Made by a program: the position numbers and the translations under genes. The notes below the pieces were generated by a model. It worked only from the letters and a program-made list of their open reading frames with translations, searched no databases and had not been told where the DNA came from. From Methylococcaceae bacterium (GTDB lineage: Bacteria > Pseudomonadota > Gammaproteobacteria > Methylococcales > Methylomonadaceae): a stretch of DNA of 59,512 nucleotides. The stretch spans positions 1-59,512 of the forward strand of contig JAPYOW010000003.1 of assembly GCA_029937975.1 (NCBI GenBank), written 5' to 3'. The stretch's first letter is position 1, and every line of letters starts with the position of its first letter. Shown piece after piece: positions 1-9,511 of the stretch.

Positions 1-159
1 CCTTGCCATGTTAACAGCCTTCAGGCATAACAGGGCTCAGAGAGGGTTTAATGGTCGGCAGACTATGCGCATTATGGTAGTACTGTGAGCAACACCCCCC
101 CTGTAGAGATACTTTATTCCTCGCAGAGAAGGATCAGAACTTTCGCCTGATGTTTTTGA

Positions 160-894
160 ATGATAAGATACTGCCTACTTGTTTCGGCCGCCATCATCAT
201 GCATTTAATGTTAAAAAAATACAGTTATTTCATAGGAGTACTCCTGCTGATTTTTAATGTGGATGTTTTTGCTCATGGCGTTGACAGTAATACCGCACAT
301 TTTCTCAGCACCCAGCATGAAGTAGCCCTAATGCCTTTTCTTTATATTGGGGCTAAACACATGGTGACAGGCTACGACCATTTGTTGTTTTTGCTCGGCG
401 TTATTTTTTTCCTGCATCGTGCTCGAGATATTCTCATTTACGTCAGTCTGTTTACCTTAGGGCATAGTCTTACCCTGTTACTGGGTGTGTTTTATAAGAT
501 TCAGATGGATGCCTATTTGATTGACGCCGTGATTGCCTTTTCTATCATCTACAAGGGCTTTGATAATCTCGGCGGATTTAAGTTATTATTCGGCCGACAG
601 CCTAATACCAAAATAGCCGTGTTAATATTCGGTTTATTTCATGGTTTTGGCTTAGCAACCAAATTACAAGATTTCTCGCTACCCGAAGAAAATCTCATGA
701 GCAACATGCTTGCATTTAATGTAGGGGTCGAAATAGGGCAGGGTATTGCTTTATTATTTATCCTGACTTTGCTGGGTTTTTGGCGACGACATAACAGTTA
801 TTTTACCTTTGCCAATACCTCCAACACACTACTGATGTCAGGCGGCCTGGTTTTACTGGGTTATCAACTAACCGGATACTTTACTGCCATTTAA
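160..894 (+). CDS. HupE/UreJ family metal (Ni/Co-type) transporter membrane protein
   Basis: Multi-pass membrane ORF. It has the HupE/UreJ-like motifs GAKHMVTGYDHLLFLLGV and GLFHGFGLA. A signal peptide ends VFA|HG, so the mature N-terminus would be His. The internal ATG at 208 (MLKKYSYF...) is a plausible true start. Confidence 0.75.
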   Translation: MIRYCLLVSAAIIMHLMLKKYSYFIGVLLLIFNVDVFAHGVDSNTAHFLSTQHEVALMPFLYIGAKHMVTGYDHLLFLLGVIFFLHRARDILIYVSLFTLGHSLTLLLGVFYKIQMDAYLIDAVIAFSIIYKGFDNLGGFKLLFGRQPNTKIAVLIFGLFHGFGLATKLQDFSLPEENLMSNMLAFNVGVEIGQGIALLFILTLLGFWRRHNSYFTFANTSNTLLMSGGLVLLGYQLTGYFTAI

Positions 895-895
895 G

Positions 896-1495
896 ATGAA
901 TACACTTCCCCAGCCCTCTATTAAAACTTTAGTGTTATCCTGTCTTTTCTCGACATTACTGGCACTCGTTATACTGCTCATAGCGGTACTCCCTGCAGAA
1001 TTTAATATTGACCCCACAGGCTTAGGGAAAGCCATGGGCTTAACCGTACTGGCGCCCAGCCAAGATAGCTCCCCGCAACCCGCTATTATTACTTGTCCTG
1101 AGGTGCAAGCCGCTCCCCCCATTACAGCTGACAAAGCCACTGATCCCGCAGGGCAAAAAGCTGCAGACCACAACCCATGGCAAGATGCTGTATTCATCAA
1201 AGTACCTGCACATAAAGGGCTGGAGTATAAGTTTCATCTTATTAAAGGTGAAACCTTAGAGTTTGTCTGGAATACCGATGGCGCGGCTTTATATTTTGAT
1301 TTTCATGGCGAACCTGCCGGAGACAAAACAGGCTACTTTAAAAGTTTTAAAGAAGCCACCCAAAACCAGTCCAGTGGAACTTTGACTGTCCCCTTTACCG
1401 GGTCGCATGGCTGGTATTGGAAAAACACCAGCAATAAAGAAGTTATTATTAATTTACAAACCCGTGGCAACTATAGAATTATTGGTTTTCCATAG
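896..1495 (+). CDS. membrane-anchored protein of unknown function (N-terminal TM helix, Pro-rich linker, beta-rich C-domain)
   Basis: ATG lies 2 nt after the HupE stop, suggesting an operon. One N-terminal TM helix, then a Pro/Ala/Gln-rich linker and a roughly 110-aa globular domain. I do not recognise the family confidently. Confidence 0.6.
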   Translation: MNTLPQPSIKTLVLSCLFSTLLALVILLIAVLPAEFNIDPTGLGKAMGLTVLAPSQDSSPQPAIITCPEVQAAPPITADKATDPAGQKAADHNPWQDAVFIKVPAHKGLEYKFHLIKGETLEFVWNTDGAALYFDFHGEPAGDKTGYFKSFKEATQNQSSGTLTVPFTGSHGWYWKNTSNKEVIINLQTRGNYRIIGFP

Positions 1496-1510
1496 GGTGA
1501 GGATAGAACG

Positions 1511-2635
1511 TTGAGTATAAACAGTTACAACAATGTGGATAGAGAAGCATTGGCAAAAGATTTAAATGAAATTCACCGGGAACTTATAGCCCGAATGGGG
1601 AATGAAGACTTTACCCATTTAACCAAAATGGAGCGCTGGGGGAAAATCTGTTCCGTTATCGGTTATGGCACCGCATGGATTATACCGAATCCCATTTCTG
1701 CCTTTTTTATCAGTCTGGGGAGTTATACGCGCTGGACTAGTTTAACCCATCCTGTTGTCCATAAAGGCTATGATAAAATTTCAGGCGTGCCTGAACGTTA
1801 TACCAGCAAAAGTTTTGCACGCGGCTGGAGACGCTTTCTTGATTGGCCAGACTGGATTACCCCTGCCGGGTGGCATCAAGAGCATGATGTCTTACATCAT
1901 TATAATTTAGGTGAATCATTAGACCCTGATCATTTGCAGCACAATATGGAATGGCTAAGACAATCAAAAGTCCCGATGTTTCTACGCTTTATTATTGTTA
2001 TAGGCTTCACTGCGCTATGGAAAATCCTCTATTACACGCCTAGAACACATAAGGAACTACGCCTGAGTAGTGCCCGTCAACAAGGCGAGTCAACACCTGA
2101 AATGACGCGATCAGGCGCATGGAGTCTGTTTACCCAACAAGGTAGAGCCTTATGGTTTCAAAGCTTGTTGCCCTATTTCGGTATGCGTTTTATATTGATT
2201 CCATTACTCTTTATACCACTGGGTACTGTGGCCGCTTTTAATGTCATGATTAACTCGTTAATAGCAGAGGCATTCACTAATATGCATTCCTTTTTAGTGA
2301 TCGTACCCAATCATGCCGGCGATGATGTGATGATGTTTGAAGAAAAAGGCAAAGGCCGCGGTGAATTTTATTTGCGCCAGATTCTAGGTTCCGTCAATTA
2401 CAAAACCGGGACAGATTTCAATGATTTTATGCATGGCTGGCTTAATTATCAGATAGAACACCATTTATGGCCCGACCTGCCCTTAAATCAATATCCATAT
2501 GCGCAACCCAAAGTTGCCGCGGTTTGTAAAAAACATGGCATTCCCTATCGTCAACAATCTGTGTTTAAACGCTTATTAAAAGCGGTTGATATCATGGTGG
2601 GTCGCACCTCTATGCTCAAGCCACAACTGACATAG
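1511..2635 (+). CDS. membrane fatty acid desaturase family protein (His boxes HPVVH, HDVLHH, QIEHH)
   Basis: Three di-iron histidine boxes in canonical order with hydrophobic stretches between them. TTG start at 1511, preceded by GGTGAGGA. Confidence 0.85.
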   Translation: MSINSYNNVDREALAKDLNEIHRELIARMGNEDFTHLTKMERWGKICSVIGYGTAWIIPNPISAFFISLGSYTRWTSLTHPVVHKGYDKISGVPERYTSKSFARGWRRFLDWPDWITPAGWHQEHDVLHHYNLGESLDPDHLQHNMEWLRQSKVPMFLRFIIVIGFTALWKILYYTPRTHKELRLSSARQQGESTPEMTRSGAWSLFTQQGRALWFQSLLPYFGMRFILIPLLFIPLGTVAAFNVMINSLIAEAFTNMHSFLVIVPNHAGDDVMMFEEKGKGRGEFYLRQILGSVNYKTGTDFNDFMHGWLNYQIEHHLWPDLPLNQYPYAQPKVAAVCKKHGIPYRQQSVFKRLLKAVDIMVGRTSMLKPQLT

Positions 2636-3035
2636 CCCGTCTTTGGCCATGCCAGCAATAGATAACAACTGCGGCAGAACTGAATAATATCGAAAAGTGC
2701 CTCTCAACGCCGAGTGAACAGCCTATTTCAGCTGTTTTTCCGCTTGAGAGCCGCACACACCGCCTTATTTGAAACCGCACGGGGGTTTTACTTACCCCCA
2801 TTCCCCTCAACATCAGCAACGATTGCAACGGTCATATTAACCTGGAAAATACTGGCCGGTCTTGCCCTGATGCGCATCTGCACACAAACCCCACTGCACT
2901 CCGGCTTACTCTTTCAGACGCCTGACCAAAATATACAACAATACAGCCCCCATGAGAAACATATAAGACCATAGCGGCATGACATACAATTGCGCTAAAA
3001 TGCTGTTTGAATAATTACTATCAATACGTTTGACT

Positions 3036-3578
3036 ATGGCTAACCTTTCATTACAAGATCAATTGCTCAAAGCAGGTTTGAGCGACAAAAACAAAGCCAA
3101 AAAAATCAAGGCTGAAAAAAGGAAACAAACAAAAAAACAGCGACAAAACAAAATTTCAGCGCCTGATGAAACGCAACGGCTCGTACAGGAAAATAAAACC
3201 AGACAACTGGAAAAAGATAACTTATTAAACCAGCAGCGTAATAAAGAGGCAGAGAAAAAACAAATTGCCGCTCAAATTTTACAGTTGATTGCGTTAAATA
3301 AATTAGCCAAAGATAATGATGGTATTGCTTATAACTTTACCGATCAAAACAAAGTCAAAGTCATTTATATCAGTGAAGAGGTCCGCAATCACATCATTTC
3401 AGGAAGACTGGCTATTGTTAAATCGAGAACCGACTATGAAGTTGTTGCTGCTGAAGTTGCGAAAAAAATAAAACAGCGGGATGAGCAACTTGTGATTGTG
3501 CTATATACGGATTCAACAGATATAGCAAAGGATGATGGCTATCAGGATTACCAAATTCCTGATGATTTAATGTGGTAA
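3036..3578 (+). CDS. DUF2058 (YaiL-like) protein
   Basis: N-terminus MANLSLQDQLLKAGL followed by a Lys-rich tract, typical of the DUF2058 family. The ATG at 3036 is preferred over the TTG at 3030. Confidence 0.75.
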   Translation: MANLSLQDQLLKAGLSDKNKAKKIKAEKRKQTKKQRQNKISAPDETQRLVQENKTRQLEKDNLLNQQRNKEAEKKQIAAQILQLIALNKLAKDNDGIAYNFTDQNKVKVIYISEEVRNHIISGRLAIVKSRTDYEVVAAEVAKKIKQRDEQLVIVLYTDSTDIAKDDGYQDYQIPDDLMW

Positions 3579-3673
3579 TGGCTGGTTTTCTGTTAACCCG
3601 CTCATTATTGTTTCCGGCTGTATCCTAAACTGATGGAGTTTCTGTCATTCATTTAAAATAAAGAGGAGTCAAT

Positions 3674-3970
3674 ATGTTACTTTTAGCTAAATTAGCCGCT
3701 ATTCTTATTATGGTATGGTTTTATTTGACCGCCAAAAAACAGAAAGAACCGGCAGTGAAATGGGCTATTATTGGGCTGGTGGGTTATTGGATTAGCTGGT
3801 GGTTAAGCAATAAATTATTTCTTTCTGCGCTTACCGGGATGTTTTCCAAGAGCACCGTTATCGTATTTTTAATAACGCAGTTGCCAGTGCTTTGTGGTGT
3901 TGCCGTGGTTTTCTTTGTTAGAGCAAAATTAATAAAAGACGCTGAAAAAAATAAAATTTCTGAAACATAA
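3674..3970 (+). CDS. small integral membrane protein, unknown function
   Basis: SD AGAGGAG lies upstream. Three predicted TM helices. The gene ends at a strong terminator. Confidence 0.55.
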   Translation: MLLLAKLAAILIMVWFYLTAKKQKEPAVKWAIIGLVGYWISWWLSNKLFLSALTGMFSKSTVIVFLITQLPVLCGVAVVFFVRAKLIKDAEKNKISET

Positions 3971-4009
3971 AAAAAAGGCGTAAAGCATCACTGCTTTACG
4001 CCTTTTTTT
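3971..4009. terminator. bidirectional rho-independent terminator
   Basis: An 11-bp stem GGCGTAAAGCA/TGCTTTACGCC (3977-3987 / 3992-4002), flanked by an A-run on the left and a T-run on the right. It sits between two convergent genes. Confidence 0.75.
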
Positions 4010-4021
4010 GCGACTCTTAAC

Positions 4022-4627
4022 TTATAGCGCTTCTGCGTTATTGCTTAAGTAATCAGCCACCCCGGCAGGACTTGCATCCATGCCAGAATCACCTTTAGTC
4101 CAGCCTGCAGGACACACTTCACCATGTTCTTCATGGAATTGAAGCGCATCGACCATGCGAATCATCTCATCAATATTACGACCTAACGGTAAGTCATTAA
4201 CGACTTGATGGCGCACTTTACCATTTTGATCAATCAAGAAACTACCTCGATAAGCAACAGCAGGCACATCGGCCTCGACATCATAATCTTTACAGATTTG
4301 GTGATCCATATCCGCCGCCATTGTGTAACGAACAGGACCAATACCACCGTCATTAATAGCCGTGTTGCGCCATGCATTATGAGTGAAATGAGAATCGATA
4401 GAAACAGCAATGACTTCCACACCACGACTGGTAAATTCTTCTATACGGTGATCAAGGGCAATAAGCTCACTAGGGCAAACAAAAGTGAAATCCAGGGGAT
4501 AGAAAAACACTAAGGCATATTTTCCACTAGTGGCTTCTGAAAAGCTAAAAGAATCAACGATTTCGCCGTTAGCCAGTACCGCAGGTACAGTAAAATCAGG
4601 GGCTTGCTTGCCTACTAATACACTCAT
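4022..4627 (-). CDS. typical 2-Cys peroxiredoxin (AhpC/Prx1 subfamily)
   Basis: FYPLDFTFVCPSE peroxidatic Cys motif and C-terminal resolving Cys (GEVCPAGW). The start at MSVLVGKQAPDF (ATG 4627) has an upstream GGAGA. The longer ORF to 4681 is unlikely. Confidence 0.9.
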   Translation of the reverse strand: MSVLVGKQAPDFTVPAVLANGEIVDSFSFSEATSGKYALVFFYPLDFTFVCPSELIALDHRIEEFTSRGVEVIAVSIDSHFTHNAWRNTAINDGGIGPVRYTMAADMDHQICKDYDVEADVPAVAYRGSFLIDQNGKVRHQVVNDLPLGRNIDEMIRMVDALQFHEEHGEVCPAGWTKGDSGMDASPAGVADYLSNNAEAL

Positions 4628-4866
4628 TATCTTTCTCCAAAAAGTAATATAAAAATACAGAGGGAACAACACGATACTCACTGAACGTGTTTTGACTGCA
4701 TTCTACACTAAATAACTGGGTATTTGCGCAAAAAATAGTGATAAAAGCTTGTGTTTTAAATGAACTTTGCTCATAATCTGTAGTCTTTGGCTTACAATCA
4801 TAACTCTGAGCCTCATTCCTTTTTCACTCGAGCAGATCACAGACCTGCGTGTGGAGTATAAGCAAC

Positions 4867-5382
4867 ATGGCAAAAAATAAACACATAACAGAACCCGATA
4901 CTTTTGGTTATCAAGTACGTATTGTAAGGCGAGGTAAAGAAAGTAGCCGTTATTTCTCTCACAAATTATGGGGCAGTAAAGGCAAATCTTTAAAAGCCGC
5001 TATCACTTGGCGAGATCAAATGTTGATTGTTTTAAAAGGTAGTCGCACCCGCTTTTTAAAACCACCAAAAAACAAGACCACAACAGGTGTTACTGGGGTT
5101 TCCAGAACAATTAAATATGACCATAGAAAAGATAAAAGTTATCTTTGTTACACTGTGTTCTGGGTGAAAGATAGAAAATCTCGTAATAAAACCTTTCAGG
5201 TTGGCAATGTAGACACAGTCACTGCTGATAGTGAATTACACGCCTTTAGAACTGCGCGATTATTCAGAAGTTGTTATGAGCATGCAATCGATCACGATTT
5301 ACCCTTTAATGACGGTATGTTTATAGGCTGGAAAAAGACTCGTATCTATGAGAATGATACGTTACTAGCTGTAGCGGCATAA
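4867..5382 (+). CDS. AP2/ERF-like DNA-binding domain protein (two AP2-like repeats)
   Basis: Two segments look like AP2 domains: FGYQVRIVRRGKESSRYFSHKLWGSKGKSLKAAITWRDQ and GVTGVSRTIKY...YLCYTVFWVKDRKSRNKTFQVG...SELHAFRTARLFR. Each follows the G-V/Y-x-R...W...F pattern (three strands then a helix). No nuclease domain is attached. Confidence 0.6.
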   Translation: MAKNKHITEPDTFGYQVRIVRRGKESSRYFSHKLWGSKGKSLKAAITWRDQMLIVLKGSRTRFLKPPKNKTTTGVTGVSRTIKYDHRKDKSYLCYTVFWVKDRKSRNKTFQVGNVDTVTADSELHAFRTARLFRSCYEHAIDHDLPFNDGMFIGWKKTRIYENDTLLAVAA

Positions 5383-6045
5383 AGTCATTAATGACTTACA
5401 TCTGTCATTCGTATCGAATTCACCGGTTTAGTTAATATATTCCAAGCGCTGCCATGCCACTGTTTTTTGCCGTATGGGCTTGCTGATAAAAAGCATTTTT
5501 ATGCTTGGTTTATATTGCCTAATGCGTAAAAACCTAGCCCTGATACTAGAGAAGTTTATTCAAACATCCATTGCCTCATGACAGACTTCCTGCTTGAGAT
5601 AAATTGTCCCGACAATATTTTTCAGCATGGTTCACATCAGCGCTCAGCCCTATCACTTTTCATTTAGCCAAACGCCATCCCCTTTCTTCGGCTAAATTCA
5701 GGACTAACCCTGACTCCAGACCCTCTAAAACACCTAAAACCAGAGGCGCAATGCGCGCTGTCTCTCACTGCAATGTCGTTCAGTTGCTGCGGCAAGATTC
5801 CTGTGGTCTTCGCCCCATCTTTTAATGCTGCTTATAGAACGCGCGTGACGGGTTAATGAGTAGTTCAAGGATATACCCCCCGCATTTTTTCAACTGCTTC
5901 ACTCAACCCGGCCCATTTTTTTGCGAATCAACGACAGCACAAGGGCTTGCCCATCAATTTTTCAAAGGCCCTGCCTAAGCAAAAAAAAACGCCTAAAACC
6001 TGACGACCAAGCATCATAAACTTATTGATAAAAAACGGGATTTAC

Positions 6046-6558
6046 TTATTTTACTATCGAGCCACTTTGCAGTGTAAGCCAATCAACAAGTTCTTTCTCA
6101 TTGATCACCCCCAAGTGTTTCACTATTTTATTATCCCCGCCAGCAAAGTATGTCAGCGGCAATTCACCCCGCCAGCCACGCGCGATATCAAAATATAAAC
6201 GCTCGACATGGTCGTCTGCAAAGACCCATTTTTGCACATCCACAAGATTTTTTGAGGCCAATATCTGGTGGATTTTTTTTGCCTCTAAAAATGGATCTGT
6301 TGTAATCGAAATCAGTTTTATTTTAGGGTGTTGTTTTAATACCTTGCCAAATAAGGCTAATTCTTTCATGCAAAAAGCACAGTTCTCGGACCAGAATGTA
6401 ACAATATAAGGAGTATCCTGGTTTGCTAATTGTATGTCTTGAAAAGAACCTTTGATAAAGGCTCTGATTTTAGTTTCATCGGCGGAACAATGACTGGCAA
6501 TGACCAAGGTGCATATTAACAGGCTTAGTTTAAAGGGATTAAAATTTAAAAGTCTCAT
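6046..6558 (-). CDS. periplasmic TlpA-like thioredoxin-fold protein (CxxC = CAFC)
   Basis: Signal peptide, then a FWSENCAFCMKEL active-site motif in a thioredoxin-fold-sized protein. Confidence 0.7.
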   Translation of the reverse strand: MRLLNFNPFKLSLLICTLVIASHCSADETKIRAFIKGSFQDIQLANQDTPYIVTFWSENCAFCMKELALFGKVLKQHPKIKLISITTDPFLEAKKIHQILASKNLVDVQKWVFADDHVERLYFDIARGWRGELPLTYFAGGDNKIVKHLGVINEKELVDWLTLQSGSIVK

Positions 6559-6720
6559 GATCTAATCTGACAAAAAATCTTAAATATAATACAGGGATTA
6601 TGTTTTTTTGTGAATCTGCCTTTCAATACCTTCCTTTCAGGCGAAGAACAAATTCCATCTATCGATGTAAACAGGAACAAGTTATGCCTGTTACGCCATC
6701 TTCATCAGCCTCAATGCAAC

Positions 6721-6756
6721 ACAAAAAATCCGGCAAGCCATCCGCCTTGTCGGATT
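6721..6756 (-). terminator. candidate intrinsic terminator about 200 nt downstream of ctpA
   Basis: An 11-bp stem with one mismatch (6727-6737 / 6746-6756). On the minus strand it is followed by TTTTTTGTGTT. Confidence 0.45.
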
Positions 6757-6955
6757 ATTGTGCGCTTTTGCAAAGGCTTCCAAATAAGACCAGGCCTCTA
6801 AACTCAGCACAGTTCAGCATCCGCTTGCTTACATGTTACGGGGTTGCAAGAAGGCTGACACCCCGGATACTATCGCCAAGGCGACCGGGGTGTCTCACCA
6901 CCGTATTCTCAAATCCGGAGAGGATTAAAGCGGCAATGTGTTAAAGCCCTGCACA

Positions 6956-8311
6956 TTATTGACTCAAAATACTAAGCCCTTTTAGCAAGGTTAAGGCCTG
7001 ATGCAAAGGATAATCACGTAAATCCAGACCTTCCTTGTTAACATCTTCTTGTAGCTCTTGCTGCTCTTGCTTTTCACCATCGCCATTTTCCAGATGATGC
7101 GATAAGTCAGCCTCTTTTACCGGCTTAAAAGCTACCGCCTCTAGCGATTCTAATTTTACTCTGGCCAGAAGCACATCGGGGTTAATACCCTCCGCCTGTA
7201 TTGACCGACCAGAAGGGGTGTAATAACGAGCCGTTGTTAACTTAACAGCAGCATCACTCCCCGTAGGCAAAATGGTTTGCACCGAACCTTTTCCAAACGA
7301 TTTTTCACCCATGATGATCGCCCGATGATGATCTTGCAAAGCACCGGCGACAATTTCTGATGCCGAAGCAGAACCGGCATTTATCAACACCACGATAGGC
7401 ATGCCATTGACCACATCACCAGGGGCAGCGTTAAAACGCATTTTTGAGTTTTTAATCCGGCCTTCTGTATAGACAATCAAACCCTTCTCTAAAAAGGCAT
7501 CACTCACCTCAACCGCTGCGTTTAGAACGCCACCGGGGTTATTTCTTAAATCTAGAACCAGTCCTTTCAGTTCGCGTCCATTTTCTGCTTTCAGTTTATT
7601 GACAGCATCGATAACACCTTGTCCTGTTCTGGACTGAAAACTACTAATCCTGACATAGCCATAGCCTGGTGCCAGCATCCTGTTCTTGACACTCTTCACT
7701 TTAATGATAGCTCTGGTGATGGTTATTTTAAGAGGGGCATCTGCACCTTCTCTAATCACCGTCAGTAAAATATCATCTCCGGGATTGCCTCGCATAATCT
7801 TGACCGCATCGGCTAGGCTCATGCCTTTTACCGGCTTTTCATCTAGTCTTACAATCAAATCACCCGCTTTCATTCCCGCACGTTGTGCAGGTGTATCATC
7901 AATCGGCGAAACGACTTTAACAAAGCCATTTTCCATCGTGACCTCTATCCCAAGACCACCAAACTGACCGGTCGTGCCTTCCTTTAAACCTTTATATTGT
8001 TCAGCATCCAGATAAGAAGAATGAGGATCCAACCCTGCCAACATCCCTTTGATGGCATCTTCCAGTAATTTTTTATCTGATACTGCCTCGACATAGTCGC
8101 GTTTAATTCTGCCAAATACTTCGGTAAACATCCTGAGTTCCTGGTAAGGCAAGGTCACCGTTTCTACCGGCGCATCCGAGTGATTGCCTACGCTCGCTTT
8201 TAAACTATCGCGCTCAGCAAAAACACTACCCCCAACACTCAAAAGAACACCCAGTAGCATTCCAAAAAATAAAATCACCGCACTTTTTGTTGTCAGCATA
8301 TACGTTAACAC
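6956..8311 (-). CDS. ctpA: carboxy-terminal processing peptidase, S41 family
   Basis: N-terminal TM anchor, a PDZ region and S41 catalytic blocks (NAGSASASEIVAGALQD, GEKSFGKGSVQ). It sits downstream of envC, as in Pseudomonas. Confidence 0.9.
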   Translation of the reverse strand: MLTYMLTTKSAVILFFGMLLGVLLSVGGSVFAERDSLKASVGNHSDAPVETVTLPYQELRMFTEVFGRIKRDYVEAVSDKKLLEDAIKGMLAGLDPHSSYLDAEQYKGLKEGTTGQFGGLGIEVTMENGFVKVVSPIDDTPAQRAGMKAGDLIVRLDEKPVKGMSLADAVKIMRGNPGDDILLTVIREGADAPLKITITRAIIKVKSVKNRMLAPGYGYVRISSFQSRTGQGVIDAVNKLKAENGRELKGLVLDLRNNPGGVLNAAVEVSDAFLEKGLIVYTEGRIKNSKMRFNAAPGDVVNGMPIVVLINAGSASASEIVAGALQDHHRAIIMGEKSFGKGSVQTILPTGSDAAVKLTTARYYTPSGRSIQAEGINPDVLLARVKLESLEAVAFKPVKEADLSHHLENGDGEKQEQQELQEDVNKEGLDLRDYPLHQALTLLKGLSILSQ

Positions 8312-8359
8312 TCCTAAATAATCATCATCCTGATTTAAAAATAATTAATCCGCCCGTCC

Positions 8360-9511
8360 CTAGCGAACTTTTCGACACCATCTTTCCGGATTTACAGGCT
8401 TGCCTTTCTTTCTAATCCCAAAGTAAAGCCCTGTTACAGTCTGACCTCCACTTTGGCCAACTGTTGCAATGACCGTTCCAGCTTCAATCCAGTCGCCCAC
8501 CGACTTATACAGGCTTTCGTTAAAAGCATATAAAGTCATGTAACCTTGGCCATGTTCAATAATAGTCAGCAAGCCATAACCACGTAACCAGTCGGCATAA
8601 ACCACTCTGCCCCGGGTAACGGCGTGAATAGGGGTGCCGCTTTTAGCCTTGATTAAAACACCGTCCCACCGACTACCCATGCGCCTAGCACCAAATTTTT
8701 TCTTGATGCGACCTTGTACGGGCCATGGCAGCTTACCTTTTAATTTTGCAAATTCTGTAACAGCACCTTCTTCAAGCGGAAAAGGATCCCTTAACTGCTG
8801 TAATTTTAAAATCAGCGTCTTTAATCTTTTTTCACTGGTTTTATACTGGCTTAATTGCTGTTTTTTTGAAAAAAAACGCTGCTTAATTTTTGCTAACAGC
8901 TGCTCCCGGGCATTTCTTGTTTTAATTAAAAAGGATTGTTCAAGCTTGCTTTTCGCTAACTTTTCATTTAACCGGGCATTTTCCTTGTGTTGCACTTGTT
9001 TTAGCGCACGTAATTGTTGCAAATCATCATCAATTTTTTCAATTTTTTTCAATCTGAGTTTATTCAAATACTCATAATAAACCATGATTCGCCCCGTTAC
9101 AGCAGGTTCTTGCTGGTTAAGCATTAACTTTAACTTATCATTTCGCCCCATCCGATAGGCAACTCTTATCTGAGCTTCCAGACTCTTTTTTTGAGCATTA
9201 ATTTGACCTTGCCTATCCTTTATATCTTGTTGATTTTTTTTTAGCTCACCTCTTAATGCGCTGATCTGATTTTTCAGGTGCTGCCAATACAATGCGCTTT
9301 TTCCATATTGCTTATCCAGTTTTTTTAACTCAGCAATTAAGGTGTTTTTCTGGGTTTTTAAATTATTTACGGTTCGGCTGATTTGCAGAATTCTGGATTG
9401 CAAACCGGTTAATTCCTTAGTTTTGGTTTCAATGTCATCCGCTATTGCATCAACCCCAAAAAACTGACCGACTAAAAAAACAATAAAGCAAAATTTTTTA
9501 AACGACATCAA
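8360..9511 (-). CDS. envC: murein hydrolase activator EnvC (coiled coil plus LytM/M23 domain)
   Basis: Signal peptide, a long coiled-coil N-terminal half and a C-terminal M23/LytM domain. Conserved position after gpmI. Confidence 0.85.
   Translation of the reverse strand: MMSFKKFCFIVFLVGQFFGVDAIADDIETKTKELTGLQSRILQISRTVNNLKTQKNTLIAELKKLDKQYGKSALYWQHLKNQISALRGELKKNQQDIKDRQGQINAQKKSLEAQIRVAYRMGRNDKLKLMLNQQEPAVTGRIMVYYEYLNKLRLKKIEKIDDDLQQLRALKQVQHKENARLNEKLAKSKLEQSFLIKTRNAREQLLAKIKQRFFSKKQQLSQYKTSEKRLKTLILKLQQLRDPFPLEEGAVTEFAKLKGKLPWPVQGRIKKKFGARRMGSRWDGVLIKAKSGTPIHAVTRGRVVYADWLRGYGLLTIIEHGQGYMTLYAFNESLYKSVGDWIEAGTVIATVGQSGGQTVTGLYFGIRKKGKPVNPERWCRKVR

Noticed and set aside
1-159. Possible cobalamin (or other metal-related) riboswitch in the leader of the HupE/UreJ gene, since HupE-type transporters are sometimes B12-riboswitch controlled.
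   Set aside because: I could not find the conserved core (GGTG..AATCC, GCCCCCGCAAC.GTAA, GCCACTG) or a convincing B12 box. Only vague resemblances exist (ACTGTGAGC, GGATCAGAACTTTCGCC). The element would also be truncated by the window edge. An Infernal scan with RF00174 would settle it.
2636-3029. ORFs 2616..2828 (-) and 2714..2974 (+), and a 24-codon hydrophobic mini-ORF on the minus strand (2906..2980, MPLWSYMFLMGAVLLYILVRRLKE).
   Set aside because: The longer ORFs have odd composition and no SD. The mini-ORF looks like a small TM peptide but has no ribosome-binding site or terminator. Too speculative to call.
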